This document shows, piece by piece, positions 1-9,847 of a stretch of DNA of 46,805 nt. Position numbers and translations under genes: made by a program. A model generated the notes under the pieces. That model saw only the letters and a list, made by a program, of their open reading frames with translations, did not search any database and was not told where the DNA came from. The number at the start of each line of letters is the position of its first letter. The stretch's first letter is position 1. This DNA is from Candidatus Rifleibacteriota bacterium (GTDB lineage Bacteria > Muiribacteriota > Ozemobacteria > Ozemobacterales > Ozemobacteraceae): NCBI GenBank assembly GCA_051747585.1, contig JBNJGH010000015.1, positions 1-46,805 on the forward strand, read 5' to 3'.

Positions 1-1999
1 TAGCGACAAAAAACAATCTTCTTTCTTCTTCGAGGTGATCTTCGTGATTAAGAGGGTATGGGTTAAAAAATCTGGTCTGACGGTTTTGTTTGTCAAATAT
101 TTGCTTGAGTAACTCGATGCTTGAAGTGTTAACAAGCAGATTTTCGCGAAGATTTACCGGGAATTGCCCTTCGCAGAGGCCCGGGATTGCAACTACCGGA
201 AACTCAAGCCCCTTTGACTGGTGAACTGTCATTATTTTAACCCCGGGACTTGATTTTTTGCTTTGTTCCTGCTCAAGGGTCGAGGCGTAATATGTCAGCC
301 ATTCGTCGAGTTCGGGCATTAAATCTTTTACTTTTGCCTCGCGTTCATTTTGCCGTAAAAACAATTCGGAATAATCAGCAATCATGTTGCGAAAATGTAG
401 TGCATTGCGTGCAGGCGCTGAATCAGGGTCTTTTAAAATATTTTTCATTGCCAGAAGAAGACGTGCAAATACTGCAGTTAAGGGCAAATCATTACAATGT
501 TCGAGCATCTTTATCGTTTCAGCAAAAAAGCCTGCTTTTATTTGCTGTTCTTCGCTTGTTTCGGGGAGATTTGCGAAATCCTGCTCACTTATATTTTCCA
601 GAACAGTATTGATATGGCTGCCTTGACCGGGACCAGCCAGTACTGACTGAACCCAGAGGGGTTCAAGCTCAAAGACCGGAGAAGCAAAGGCTCTCTTGAT
701 TGCTTCTTCTCGATCTATACCGGTTAATGAAGAGGCTTTCAGTAACGAGGCAAGAACAATAACTTCTTCGGATTTGAAAAATTTCATATCGCCGGCAATG
801 TCGAAAGGTATGTGTAAAGCCTGAAGGTTTTCGGCAAGAAGGTCGATCTGGTAATTGTTTCTTACCAGAATAGCTATTTCATCGGGCCGATATTTTCTCT
901 TTTCTCCGTAAATTATCAGGGCGGCAATTTTTCTGGTTAAAAATCTGGCTTCTTCAATATCATCGGCCGCTTTAAACAGCTGAATAAAACCCGATTCTCT
1001 GTTGGCAGCACTCAGCTTTTTGTCGAGCTCGCTTTTTTCTTTCCAGTCAAGCATAATTGCCTTTTGAATAATAGTTTCCCGGCTTCTATAGTTTATCTGC
1101 AGCGGAAATACCTTTGCTTTAAAGCTTTTTCGAAACTCTCCATTATAAGTCATCATTGTCGGGTCAGCTCCCCTGAAGCGGTAAATACTTTGTTTGGGGT
1201 CTCCGATTACAGCAATGCGCGATTTTTTATCTGTTTTTTTTAACAGTGATAGAAGCAGATACTGAGCCGGGTCGGTGTCTTGAAATTCATCTACAAGTAT
1301 AACTTCGAATTTGTTCTGATAATATTGAGCAACTTCTGGTATTTGAAGCACTTTTACGCTTAATGAAATCAGGTCTCTAAAATCCAGATAGCCGGCTTTT
1401 TGTCTTTCTTGCTCATACAATCTGTAAAGGGCAGCAATTTCTGTAAGACGGCTTAAGACTCGCTTGCTGAATATATCAGTCTTTTTGATGGTTGCACTGA
1501 AATCTTCATGACTGACTAGATTTGATTTAAGCAAAGAAATGAAAGTAAGAATTTCCTGTTGAAAACCTCTTTTGTTGATTACCGGGCCAAACTTTTCAAA
1601 AGCATTTGCGTCCTGGTTACGACAAATTTCTGACATTAACAGTGCTTCTTTGAATCCTGTAAGCAGTTTGAAGTCAGGTTTAATAAAAATGCGGTAATAT
1701 TGCTCTCGCAAAATTCGGGCGCAAAAGGAGTGGAATGTAGATATCCAGCATTCATCAAAGCTTTCGGGATAATACTCCAGCACTCTTTGTTTGAGCTCAT
1801 TTGCTGCTTTATCTGAAAAAGTTAAAGCTAGTATTTGTTTTAACCTCAGACTCTTGTTTAGCAGGTCGCCGATTAAAACAGCAACTGTTCGGGTTTTCCC
1901 TGTACCTGGGCCAGCCACAATCAATGATGGTCGGTTGAACTTTTTTATTATATCTGATTGTTGCTGATTTAGTTTGTCTATGTCCTGGCTAAGAGTCAT
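1..1999 (-). CDS. UvrD/PcrA/Rep superfamily-1 ATP-dependent DNA helicase, 3' end beyond the left window edge (absent from the ORF track because there is no stop codon in the window)
   Basis: Manual translation from ATG at 1999: MTLSQDIDKLNQQQSDII...LIVAGPGTGKT (Walker A), LALTFSDKAANEL, ISTFHSFCARIL, VILVDEFQDTDPAQY (Walker B), IGDPKQSIYRFRGAD, INYRS, IMTVHQSKGLEFPVV. Confidence 0.93.
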   Translation of the reverse strand, partial: MTLSQDIDKLNQQQSDIIKKFNRPSLIVAGPGTGKTRTVAVLIGDLLNKSLRLKQILALTFSDKAANELKQRVLEYYPESFDECWISTFHSFCARILREQYYRIFIKPDFKLLTGFKEALLMSEICRNQDANAFEKFGPVINKRGFQQEILTFISLLKSNLVSHEDFSATIKKTDIFSKRVLSRLTEIAALYRLYEQERQKAGYLDFRDLISLSVKVLQIPEVAQYYQNKFEVILVDEFQDTDPAQYLLLSLLKKTDKKSRIAVIGDPKQSIYRFRGADPTMMTYNGEFRKSFKAKVFPLQINYRSRETIIQKAIMLDWKEKSELDKKLSAANRESGFIQLFKAADDIEEARFLTRKIAALIIYGEKRKYRPDEIAILVRNNYQIDLLAENLQALHIPFDIAGDMKFFKSEEVIVLASLLKASSLTGIDREEAIKRAFASPVFELEPLWVQSVLAGPGQGSHINTVLENISEQDFANLPETSEEQQIKAGFFAETIKMLEHCNDLPLTAVFARLLLAMKNILKDPDSAPARNALHFRNMIADYSELFLRQNEREAKVKDLMPELDEWLTYYASTLEQEQSKKSSPGVKIMTVHQSKGLEFPVVAIPGLCEGQFPVNLRENLLVNTSSIELLKQIFDKQNRQTRFFNPYPLNHEDHLEEERRLFFVA

Positions 2000-2097
2000 T
2001 GAATTTCCGTTAATTGTATATGGTTAAACACTATAACGTAAATTTAGTTTTGTTTAAACGCTCATGACTGTTATTTTATTAATTGCAATTAAGATTA

Positions 2098-2301
2098 AGT
2101 AATTATCCATTTGTTTCTAGAAACCGTTTAAAGACATTTAGATTGCTTCGCTTCGCTCGCAATGACAGTCCCAAATTGTCATTGCGAGGAGTTCTGCGAA
2201 GCAGAACGACGAAGCAATCTTTGATATGCTAAGATTTAGTTCATAACAAAGAACACAAAAATGTCTTGAAACTTGCTAATATTACTAAATGGATTATTAC
2301 T
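2098..2301 (+). mobile_element. MITE-like element family A, full-length copy (~204 bp) with an internal REP-like palindrome
   Basis: Ends AGTAATTATCCATTT and AAATGGATTATTACT form a 14/15 inverted repeat. Sub-terminal inverted AAGACATTT/AAATGTCTT. GATTA on both flanks (2093-2097, 2302-2306). Internal AGATTGCTTCG...TCGCAATGACA-N-TGTCATTGCGA...CGAAGCAATCT. Related copies at 43821 and 45552. Confidence 0.75.
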
Positions 2302-2325
2302 GATTAAGATTAAGGGAGAAAAGAT

Positions 2326-3375
2326 ATGGCTACAAAGCAGCAGAAAAAGAAAATGCCCAAAATAGTAAAAGTTTTAGAAGAACTCGAGCAGATTTATTCT
2401 CCTTCGGGTATGACCGATGAAGTTCTGGCCTATGTTGAAAAGCTTGCCGCAAAAGCTGGTATTAAAAGTTATTACACTAACAAGGGTGCTCTGGTTGTCA
2501 GCAATCATGCAGCCCCTGAACTGGCAATTGCCGGACATATAGATACTCTCGGTCTTATGGTCAAAGAAATCAAGTCAGATGGAAACCTTGCTTTCACCAA
2601 AATCGGCGGGCCTATACTTCAGGCTTTTGAAGGTAGAACGGTTAAAATTTTCAGTGAAAATAACAAAATTCATACAGGTAGTTTGATTTTAAATAATCCT
2701 GCTGCTCATGTAAATCGAAAGGCCTCAGAGCAGGTTCGTAACGAAGATAACATGCACATAAGATTAGACGCAGAGGTTAAAAATGAAAAAGAAACCAGAA
2801 AGCTGGGTATTGAAATCGGAGACTTTATCGCTTTTGAACCCGGTTTTGAATACACAGACACAGGTTTCGTGAAAAGTCATTTTTTAGACGACAAGGCAGG
2901 TTGCGCAGCCATGATATGTAGCTTTTTAGAGCTTGGCGCACAGAAACTCAAGAAGTTGCCGGTAATGTATTTCTTTTCTAATTATGAAGAAGTCGGGCAC
3001 GGAGCCTGTGCCGGGTTGCCAGAAACTATAAGAGAACTGGTAGTTGTTGATATGGGGGTTGTCGGTCAGGGCGTAGCCGGAGATGAATATTCGGTTTCGA
3101 TTTGTGTTAAAGATTCTTCAGGACCTTATGATTTTTCATTGCGCAAACGTCTGGTTAAACTGGCAAGAAAAAATAAGATAGCTTTCAGGCCAGATGTTTT
3201 TCCATTTTATGGTTCAGATGGCTCAGCCGCACTAAGCGCAGGGCTCAATGCCAAAGTAGCATTGATCGGCCCCGGGGTCTCTGCCTCGCACGGCAATGAA
3301 AGAACGCATCTAAAGGCTCTTGACGCAACTTTTAAACTGTTGCAGGCTTATATCAAGACTGAAGGTAGTAACTAG
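2326..3375 (+). CDS. M42 family metallopeptidase (aminopeptidase)
   Basis: Metal-ligand motifs AGHIDTLG, LDDKAG, NYEEVGHG, VDMG, SHGNERTH. GGGAG RBS upstream. Confidence 0.9.
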   Translation: MATKQQKKKMPKIVKVLEELEQIYSPSGMTDEVLAYVEKLAAKAGIKSYYTNKGALVVSNHAAPELAIAGHIDTLGLMVKEIKSDGNLAFTKIGGPILQAFEGRTVKIFSENNKIHTGSLILNNPAAHVNRKASEQVRNEDNMHIRLDAEVKNEKETRKLGIEIGDFIAFEPGFEYTDTGFVKSHFLDDKAGCAAMICSFLELGAQKLKKLPVMYFFSNYEEVGHGACAGLPETIRELVVVDMGVVGQGVAGDEYSVSICVKDSSGPYDFSLRKRLVKLARKNKIAFRPDVFPFYGSDGSAALSAGLNAKVALIGPGVSASHGNERTHLKALDATFKLLQAYIKTEGSN

Positions 3376-3414
3376 AGATTTAATAATTTTCAAGTAGTAG
3401 ATAAACAGAATAAA

Positions 3415-3449
3415 AAAAGGTGTGCAGCTTTTGTGGCTGCACACCTTTT
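3415..3449. terminator. Bidirectional intrinsic terminator between the convergent M42 peptidase and 1620-aa genes
   Basis: AAAAGGTGTGCAGC-loop-GCTGCACACCTTTT with A/T tracts on both sides. Confidence 0.8.
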
Positions 3450-3460
3450 ATATTGGAAAC

Positions 3461-6400
3461 TTATTTGTTTCTCATACCTTTGTCTATTGTTCTGATTATC
3501 AGATTTGTTCCGTATACCGGAATACTGCTTTTGAAGGTTCTGGAATTTTTATTTGAAGGACCTCGCCTGAATGATCCCCATTTCCAGTCACTCCAGGGAT
3601 CTTCCGGATCGCTTAATTCGCCGCCGTCACCAACGTAATAATCCCAATCCATGGCATTGTCATAAGCTTCTATTGTAACCGGTATGGACATCGGGAACTG
3701 ATCTGGAGTGCCTCGGAAAATACCTGTCACAGTTGGGCTTGTAGAAGCGATTTTCGGGTCATTGCCACCCAGGGAAGCTTCTTTCATCTGGCTGGTCCAT
3801 GTTGATTCGATTTCCTGCTCCTGCTCTTTTCCATCTGTGTCTAAATACCTGTAAGTGAGTTTTGCTACCGCGTATCCGGCGTTGTCGTTGACACCACAGC
3901 GGACTGTAAACTCGACGTTATCCTCGATGTAGGATGGAGGTGGAGTAGGATCAACTTTGTCATTTGCAAGGTCCTGATAATAGGCAAGCGCATTATTGCC
4001 GGCAAAGTTGAAGGTTATGTCCTCGCCGATTTGTGGCATGGCTTCATATTTTTCTACCGTTATGTTGTCTTGATTTTTGATCTTTATTACGCCGTTGTTG
4101 TCAGGGATCCAGTCAGACTGGTCGAGATAGTTTTCGATAAAGCTGCACTCTTCAGGGTTCCCCGGAGAGTTCTCTATTTTGTCTCTATCAGCTTTCCCTT
4201 TTAGTATTGGGAAGTAGCTTATTTGATTGTTTTTGTATTCGGTAAATTTTGCGAATGGATTTGGTTTGTGAACATCACGTGGATGCAGTGCAATATTTAG
4301 TTTTCTATTGGTTAAAACATTGCCCGAAGAGTCGCTTGCAGACAGATAGAATTTGTATGGTCTGATATGGGGAGTCCCTTTGATTGGCGCTGCATATCCT
4401 GGGGTGTTGTTGGCGTAGCTTTTGGGCAGAACATTTGAGTCTTCATCTTCGGAATTTACTGCCAGGTGACGTAGAGGCACATAGAAACCTATGGTAGATA
4501 TATGAACGTCTCTGTCGCCAATTCTGGTTTTGCTGGGCTGCTGCAAGAACCTTTGCATGCGCTTTTGAACCGGACCTGCATCGTTATAAAGGTGGGTGTA
4601 TTTTGTTCCAAATGTCTGAGCAAAGGTTTGGTCGCCACTGGCATCAGAACTTGGTGCATACTGGTCAGGTTCGAAAAGTTTAACACCACCGGTGTCAATA
4701 CGGGCTGCCCGGTCAAAGCTCAGGGCTACTTTACGATTTAAACGTTTAGCAAAAACAGGTTTGTAGTTAAACTTGGAAGTAGGAGCTCTTGAAGGCGCTC
4801 CAGAGTTGTGACTTTTGTTGTCCGCATAGGTCCTGGGATGTGTTATACCAATAACTGTATCGACAGATTCCCAGGGGTTGTTGTCGGAAATCTGGAAGCT
4901 GATCGAAGCCGGATTGCCCCCTAGTGGCCCATAGCCTGAACGTATGGGACCTCCCGCGTCTGCAAAAAGGTTTATGGGTTTGGTTTTATCATAAAGAATT
5001 TTTGGTCTTTGTTTGTCGACTATAAGAACCTTTGTTTTACCGTAAAGGGTAATACGTAATGGTTTCAGTTTTCCCAGATAGCGTTCTCTATAGCCGTCTT
5101 CGTCAAGCATCCACAGGTCATATTTCAAGGTGCGCGTCATCTTGATGTAAAGATCGGCATAAAATGGATCGGTAGGTGGTAAAGACATCGGAGTTGAAGC
5201 TTTAATGGGTTTGGGCTTGCCTCTGCTGTCTTTAGGTATGTTAGTGTATGAATCAAGAAGTTGAAGTGGAATTTCTTTTGGATCGCCATTTTTATCTGGA
5301 ACTGTATATTTCAAATAAGCTTCCAGTTCTATCGCAGTGGGATTGTCGTCATCTTTCTCCCACTCTAATTCATCGTCCACCGCCGGATCGTCCTTGAACT
5401 CAAGACCATCCATATAGTTGACGAACATGGTGTTAACCTGTTTCCCGTCTTCGTATTCAGGAGTTGTCATTTTATCTATCAGGAACTGGCGATAAGGGCT
5501 TCTATCATCGGAAAGGTCGGCAAAAAGTAGTGATTGTGAAGCCAGGTTAATTCTCCAGAAATATGGTTTGCCTGCTTCAAGGCCGTGATAGGTTGAGCCT
5601 CCTTCTTCTGCGGTTGCCCAGTGTCTGTTATTAGTTGGGTCATTGTCGTCCCAGCCATCACAGCGTTCAAGCTCGGCAATTAAATCTTCTGGAGGGGGAG
5701 GTTCAGAAGCCGTGCCAGCAACAACAATTGGATAACATGCGTAATTTGCGCTATGAGAATCCCCTTCTGCCTTTTCTGAAATATGACTTATATATTCAGA
5801 AGCAGAAGCCTGCATAAATTTAAAGGGCTTAGTATTCATTATATTCATGAGCTGACTGCTGGTAGGCTGCATTGTTAAGCCGCCTGGAGAAACCGGTTTG
5901 GCTCTGGTCTTGGCGCGGAATACAGATGCCTTGTCATCGACGGTGCTTCCGAACGGCAGAAGATCATAGTCATACCAGTCATAAATTACCTGACAGGTAA
6001 TAATGAATTTGCCATTTACCGGTGAATAAAATGCGGTAATATTACTTTGGCCTGTGCTGCTGCCATCTCTGGGAGTAGCTGTTTCTGGAACAGGTTTTGG
6101 TGGACAAACCGGATCACCGAATGGATCTTCAACCAGCCAGCTGCGCCAACGATAGGCGACACTTCCGCCATCTGTGGAAGATTTTTTATCGCTGATAGAA
6201 GTAATAAATCCACCGTGCCGGCCATCTCCATCCCAGTCGGGCTGATCATTTGGATTCCAGGCGTATGCCGACATCGGGTAGTTTTCTACCATAAAGTAAT
6301 ACATTGTATTTTTGGAGAATTCTTCAGGAGCAGGTTTCAGCAGGTATTTATTTTGCTGGGTGCTGTTTTCTTTCGGAGTAGGTATATCGGTGTAGGGGCC

Positions 6401-8323
6401 ACATATATCGAGAAATGAATCTTTGCCTGCCAGACTGATAACTTCCGGGGGAGTGGGAACATTGATAACGGCAATTTTTGCTCTGCCGGGGTCACGGCCG
6501 TTCAAGTCCGAATAAAGCCCAAGAGAACCTTCGGAAAAATCATCTTCGTCTATATCTCCATCGCCATTACCTATAGTGGTGTCGGCTGAATAACTGGCAA
6601 GTATGTCGTCGACTCTCCCACTTGGCATTCTAAGTGCTGTTAACTCGTCGAGGCATTTCTGGTTTGTGTGGACTGGAACGTTATAGTATTTTTTGGCAAA
6701 TACTTTTCGACCGACCTCTTGTGGAACGGAGCTATAAATACTTCTTTCGAAAACGGCTTTTGCATATTCCTGACAGTAAATCAACCAGACATTTTTTTCA
6801 TCCTCATCAGGGTCCTGGCGTGGGTCAGGATAAACTCTAATGGCGTCATTAAGTTCGAAATGTTTTTTGGGATTATAGCTATAGATGTCTTTAGTTGGGA
6901 AAGACATGGCAAAATAAAGATTACCGAAACCATCGGCTTTGATGTCGTCTATTTCACCTTCTGTATCAGCATCAATAAGAGAAAAAAGATCTTCGACATT
7001 GATGCGTTCATATCTTTCTCGTGAGATGGGCGGATTTTCAGGGTCATCTTCGTAACGAATAAATTTGTAAACTTTTCTTTCGTTTTTATCATAAGCAAAA
7101 ACGATGCCACCTTTCTGGTTCCATTGATTGGAAACAGTCACTGCCGAAATATTGATTCTGTTGTTGGTCTCGCTTGTTGCTTGTCTGAACCAGTTCTTAA
7201 TATCGTTTGTGCTGATAGTGTAAATATAGTCAGAGGTAACATTCCTCATTGAAACATCAATCCAGTAGGTATTGGTTCGCGATGGGCTGCCTATAATAGG
7301 ATTGTTACGTGGAGCCGGAGGGGCATATCTGGAGCGATTGAGGGTTATTTCGTAGTTTGTTTTACCAACAGGTCTTGAATAGAAGTAGGTTCGCGAAGGC
7401 TGATCTTTAATCGGGGGCATAAATGCAAGGTCTGTTATCATTGGGTCTGCAGAACCGCTTCCGGAGCCACTTGCGCCGCCGCAGCCATCGAGACAACCTG
7501 CAAAAATCTGACGTCGAATTCGCTTATCATAAGATACGGCAACGACAGCGCCGGAGTCTCTGCTGTAACGTGGAGCGTCAAGGTTTACGTTGTTGGGACT
7601 GTAGGTATAAAGGGTCCAGTTGTGAGCTCTGCCTTCTACTCTGTCGCCATAAACAACATAAAAGAAGCCGCGCGGACCGGGTCTGTTCCACTGGCATCTT
7701 TTTGTCCGCCAGCTCGAAAACCAGGCTCCGTTTGGAATTTCATACCATTGTTTTCCTCTGTAGACTCTTAACGGAATTGAAACATCGGGAAGGGGATTGC
7801 CGGGAGGAGTCGGAATAGGACGGCCAGGGCCTGCTGATCGGAAATGCGGCCACCAGCGTCTTCCCCACCAGCCATTTCTTCTTATTCGGCGTCCTCTAGG
7901 GCCGGTGCGGTATACATTGGTGTTTCTGCCCCAGGAACGGTGATCGTAATGAATGTAAGCGTGATAACCGTAATCGGCTAAATCTGTGCTGCCCGAGTCG
8001 AGAACCTGCCTCTTGAGCGGCTCGGAAAGCATGCTGAAGCCTCGCTGAACTCTTTCGGAAAAAGTGTAGATTTTACGGTTTAGATCGACCGAAAATCCGA
8101 TGGAGCTTAATGGCTGAAAAAGGTATTTTGGGGGGGAGTAGTATCGATCCTTTTCAGGATTGTTAAGGCGATAAATTCCTTTGTAGCCGCCTTCTCCTAT
8201 AAGAAGATAACATTCCCCGTTTCTTCTGTATTGGGGGTTGAGTTCTGCGTAAACAGAACTTGAAAATAAGATCGAAAACAACAGGATCACCAGGATCCCT
8301 TTAAAAAAGCGTCTTGCAGACAT
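3461..8323 (-). CDS. Giant exported protein (1620 aa), candidate pilus-tip adhesin in the PilY1-equivalent position
   Basis: Sec signal peptide (SSSVYA|EL), GGAGGGAG RBS, last gene of a minor-pilin operon. Acidic DxDGDG-type loops (DWDGDGR, NGDGDIDEDD). Ig-like strand patterns in the C-terminal part (IVDKQRP, SASDSSGN, VNDNAG, EAYDNA). The function is inferred from context. Confidence 0.6.
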   Translation of the reverse strand: MSARRFFKGILVILLFSILFSSSVYAELNPQYRRNGECYLLIGEGGYKGIYRLNNPEKDRYYSPPKYLFQPLSSIGFSVDLNRKIYTFSERVQRGFSMLSEPLKRQVLDSGSTDLADYGYHAYIHYDHRSWGRNTNVYRTGPRGRRIRRNGWWGRRWWPHFRSAGPGRPIPTPPGNPLPDVSIPLRVYRGKQWYEIPNGAWFSSWRTKRCQWNRPGPRGFFYVVYGDRVEGRAHNWTLYTYSPNNVNLDAPRYSRDSGAVVAVSYDKRIRRQIFAGCLDGCGGASGSGSGSADPMITDLAFMPPIKDQPSRTYFYSRPVGKTNYEITLNRSRYAPPAPRNNPIIGSPSRTNTYWIDVSMRNVTSDYIYTISTNDIKNWFRQATSETNNRINISAVTVSNQWNQKGGIVFAYDKNERKVYKFIRYEDDPENPPISRERYERINVEDLFSLIDADTEGEIDDIKADGFGNLYFAMSFPTKDIYSYNPKKHFELNDAIRVYPDPRQDPDEDEKNVWLIYCQEYAKAVFERSIYSSVPQEVGRKVFAKKYYNVPVHTNQKCLDELTALRMPSGRVDDILASYSADTTIGNGDGDIDEDDFSEGSLGLYSDLNGRDPGRAKIAVINVPTPPEVISLAGKDSFLDICGPYTDIPTPKENSTQQNKYLLKPAPEEFSKNTMYYFMVENYPMSAYAWNPNDQPDWDGDGRHGGFITSISDKKSSTDGGSVAYRWRSWLVEDPFGDPVCPPKPVPETATPRDGSSTGQSNITAFYSPVNGKFIITCQVIYDWYDYDLLPFGSTVDDKASVFRAKTRAKPVSPGGLTMQPTSSQLMNIMNTKPFKFMQASASEYISHISEKAEGDSHSANYACYPIVVAGTASEPPPPEDLIAELERCDGWDDNDPTNNRHWATAEEGGSTYHGLEAGKPYFWRINLASQSLLFADLSDDRSPYRQFLIDKMTTPEYEDGKQVNTMFVNYMDGLEFKDDPAVDDELEWEKDDDNPTAIELEAYLKYTVPDKNGDPKEIPLQLLDSYTNIPKDSRGKPKPIKASTPMSLPPTDPFYADLYIKMTRTLKYDLWMLDEDGYRERYLGKLKPLRITLYGKTKVLIVDKQRPKILYDKTKPINLFADAGGPIRSGYGPLGGNPASISFQISDNNPWESVDTVIGITHPRTYADNKSHNSGAPSRAPTSKFNYKPVFAKRLNRKVALSFDRAARIDTGGVKLFEPDQYAPSSDASGDQTFAQTFGTKYTHLYNDAGPVQKRMQRFLQQPSKTRIGDRDVHISTIGFYVPLRHLAVNSEDEDSNVLPKSYANNTPGYAAPIKGTPHIRPYKFYLSASDSSGNVLTNRKLNIALHPRDVHKPNPFAKFTEYKNNQISYFPILKGKADRDKIENSPGNPEECSFIENYLDQSDWIPDNNGVIKIKNQDNITVEKYEAMPQIGEDITFNFAGNNALAYYQDLANDKVDPTPPPSYIEDNVEFTVRCGVNDNAGYAVAKLTYRYLDTDGKEQEQEIESTWTSQMKEASLGGNDPKIASTSPTVTGIFRGTPDQFPMSIPVTIEAYDNAMDWDYYVGDGGELSDPEDPWSDWKWGSFRRGPSNKNSRTFKSSIPVYGTNLIIRTIDKGMRNK

Positions 8324-8360
8324 ATACTCCCTCCTTCATTAATCTGCGAACAAGGACAAG

Positions 8361-9341
8361 CTATTCTAAAACGGACTGAATTACTGCATTACCTATATTA
8401 GGGTCAATTTTATAAGCCTTGAAAATAGCTTTCAGCACTTCAACGGTCAGGTCTTGCCCGCCGATAAAGATGTCGTTATCAATAACTTTATTTGAAAATG
8501 GTTGTAGAATATCAGAGCCATTGTGAAGCCAGTTTTTTGCCATGCTGGTAAGATTGGAATAATAGCCTTGAATAGCGGGCTTATCATTTCTGATGGCTTT
8601 TGGGAAAGGCATTTTAAAGATTTTATTGTAATTGAGATCAGGAGAAATAACCGACTTTTCTTTTTCTAAAAATTTTAAATCACGGCTTTTGGAATTCAAT
8701 ACAATTTCGATTCCTTTTCGGTTGGCAATTTGTTTAGTATATTGGCGTATTTCATTGAGAATGCGGTTAAATTTCTTTTGCGTTTCTTCGAATGTCGTAT
8801 ATCCAGGCTCATAGCTTGCTTTTTCTAACTGGTCAATTTTTTCTTCGATTTGTAGCAGCTGAACTCCATAGGATTGTAATCTTGCTCCATATTCTGCTTC
8901 TTTCTCGCTTTTTTTCAGGTCATACTCTTTTTTCTTAAGCCTTCTTGGCCCTGTAGCCAGATGTTCTATTCCCTCAAGATAGTTGTTAGTCAATAATTCC
9001 ATTTCCCGGTTGAATTTGCGCTGGGTCTCTGTAATCCTGCCTTCAACAGCCTTTGCTTTGGTTTGTAATTGTTTTAATTCTGACTTGTGTTCTTGCGACT
9101 GTTGCTTTGCCCGTGCTTGAGTTACCTGGTCGGCTTTGAGTTTGAAACCCTGCATGTATGGATTGTAGCTTCTCATGGAAGGGTGAAGAAGAATAAGAGC
9201 CTTTAGATCGACTTTGCCTATAGCGGTCTGTCTTGCTGCATTTAACTTAGAAGATGAAGCATGATTAAAGATAGAAAGAAGTAAAATTATCGAAGAACAG
9301 ACTAGAAATTTTGAGTGTTTTGGTGAAATTCTTGTTTTCAT
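8361..9341 (-). CDS. Skp/OmpH-like periplasmic coiled-coil protein (enlarged)
   Basis: Signal peptide, then IGKVDLKALILLHPSM, long coiled coil, KQIANRKGIEIVLNS and GGQDLTVEVLKAI, which together match the OmpH N- and C-terminal signatures. Confidence 0.7.
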   Translation of the reverse strand: MKTRISPKHSKFLVCSSIILLLSIFNHASSSKLNAARQTAIGKVDLKALILLHPSMRSYNPYMQGFKLKADQVTQARAKQQSQEHKSELKQLQTKAKAVEGRITETQRKFNREMELLTNNYLEGIEHLATGPRRLKKKEYDLKKSEKEAEYGARLQSYGVQLLQIEEKIDQLEKASYEPGYTTFEETQKKFNRILNEIRQYTKQIANRKGIEIVLNSKSRDLKFLEKEKSVISPDLNYNKIFKMPFPKAIRNDKPAIQGYYSNLTSMAKNWLHNGSDILQPFSNKVIDNDIFIGGQDLTVEVLKAIFKAYKIDPNIGNAVIQSVLE

Positions 9342-9847
9342 TCTCTTGTTAACCTTCTTTTAACTGAAACTATTCTAATGGCATCTTTTGAGATGTTTCG
9401 TCCATATTGGTCTGTATATTCTGCTCCAGCTTGAATAAAAAGAGCCTCTTTGTTCCATTTGTTGTCAGTGTAAAGTGCCATGCTGGCAAGCTGAATTCCT
9501 ATTGCCTGGTTGTTAAACGAGGAGCTGGATTCCGTAAAATTGTTGATGGTAAATTCTGGAGCTTGGGTAGTAAAACTTTTGAGCCATTTATCATTGCCTT
9601 TTTCGGCGGCCTCCCAGCAGGCATAAAAATCACCGGGGTAAAGCTGGAACTTAAGCAGAGCGAGCTCTGTTAAACCTTTTGCCAGGTAATCGAGCTTTAT
9701 TCGTTCATCAATCTGAATTGTTTGTGGTTTGGAACTTTTAGTCATGCTGCTATAAGCCAGGGCCATTTGTAACAATACAACAGCAAAGACCAGGGCAAGT
9801 ATTAGTGCCATGCCTTTTCTTGGATTGTTTTTATAACGTATTTTCAT
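9338..9847 (-). CDS. PilX/GspK-like minor pilin
   Basis: Class III signal RKG|MALILALVFAVVLL lacking Glu+5, followed by DYLAKGLTELA, similar to the PilX N-terminal pattern. Confidence 0.75.
   Translation of the reverse strand: MKIRYKNNPRKGMALILALVFAVVLLQMALAYSSMTKSSKPQTIQIDERIKLDYLAKGLTELALLKFQLYPGDFYACWEAAEKGNDKWLKSFTTQAPEFTINNFTESSSSFNNQAIGIQLASMALYTDNKWNKEALFIQAGAEYTDQYGRNISKDAIRIVSVKRRLTRE

Noticed and set aside
250..626. Plus-strand ORFs of 120 and 80 aa
   Set aside because: They are antisense to the UvrD-like helicase reading frame and contain no recognisable motifs.
1..1999. Helicase together with the PLD as an anti-phage defence system
   Set aside because: The genes are ~24 kb apart, the PLD has a signal peptide and lipase-type architecture, and the helicase C-terminus and downstream partners are outside the window.
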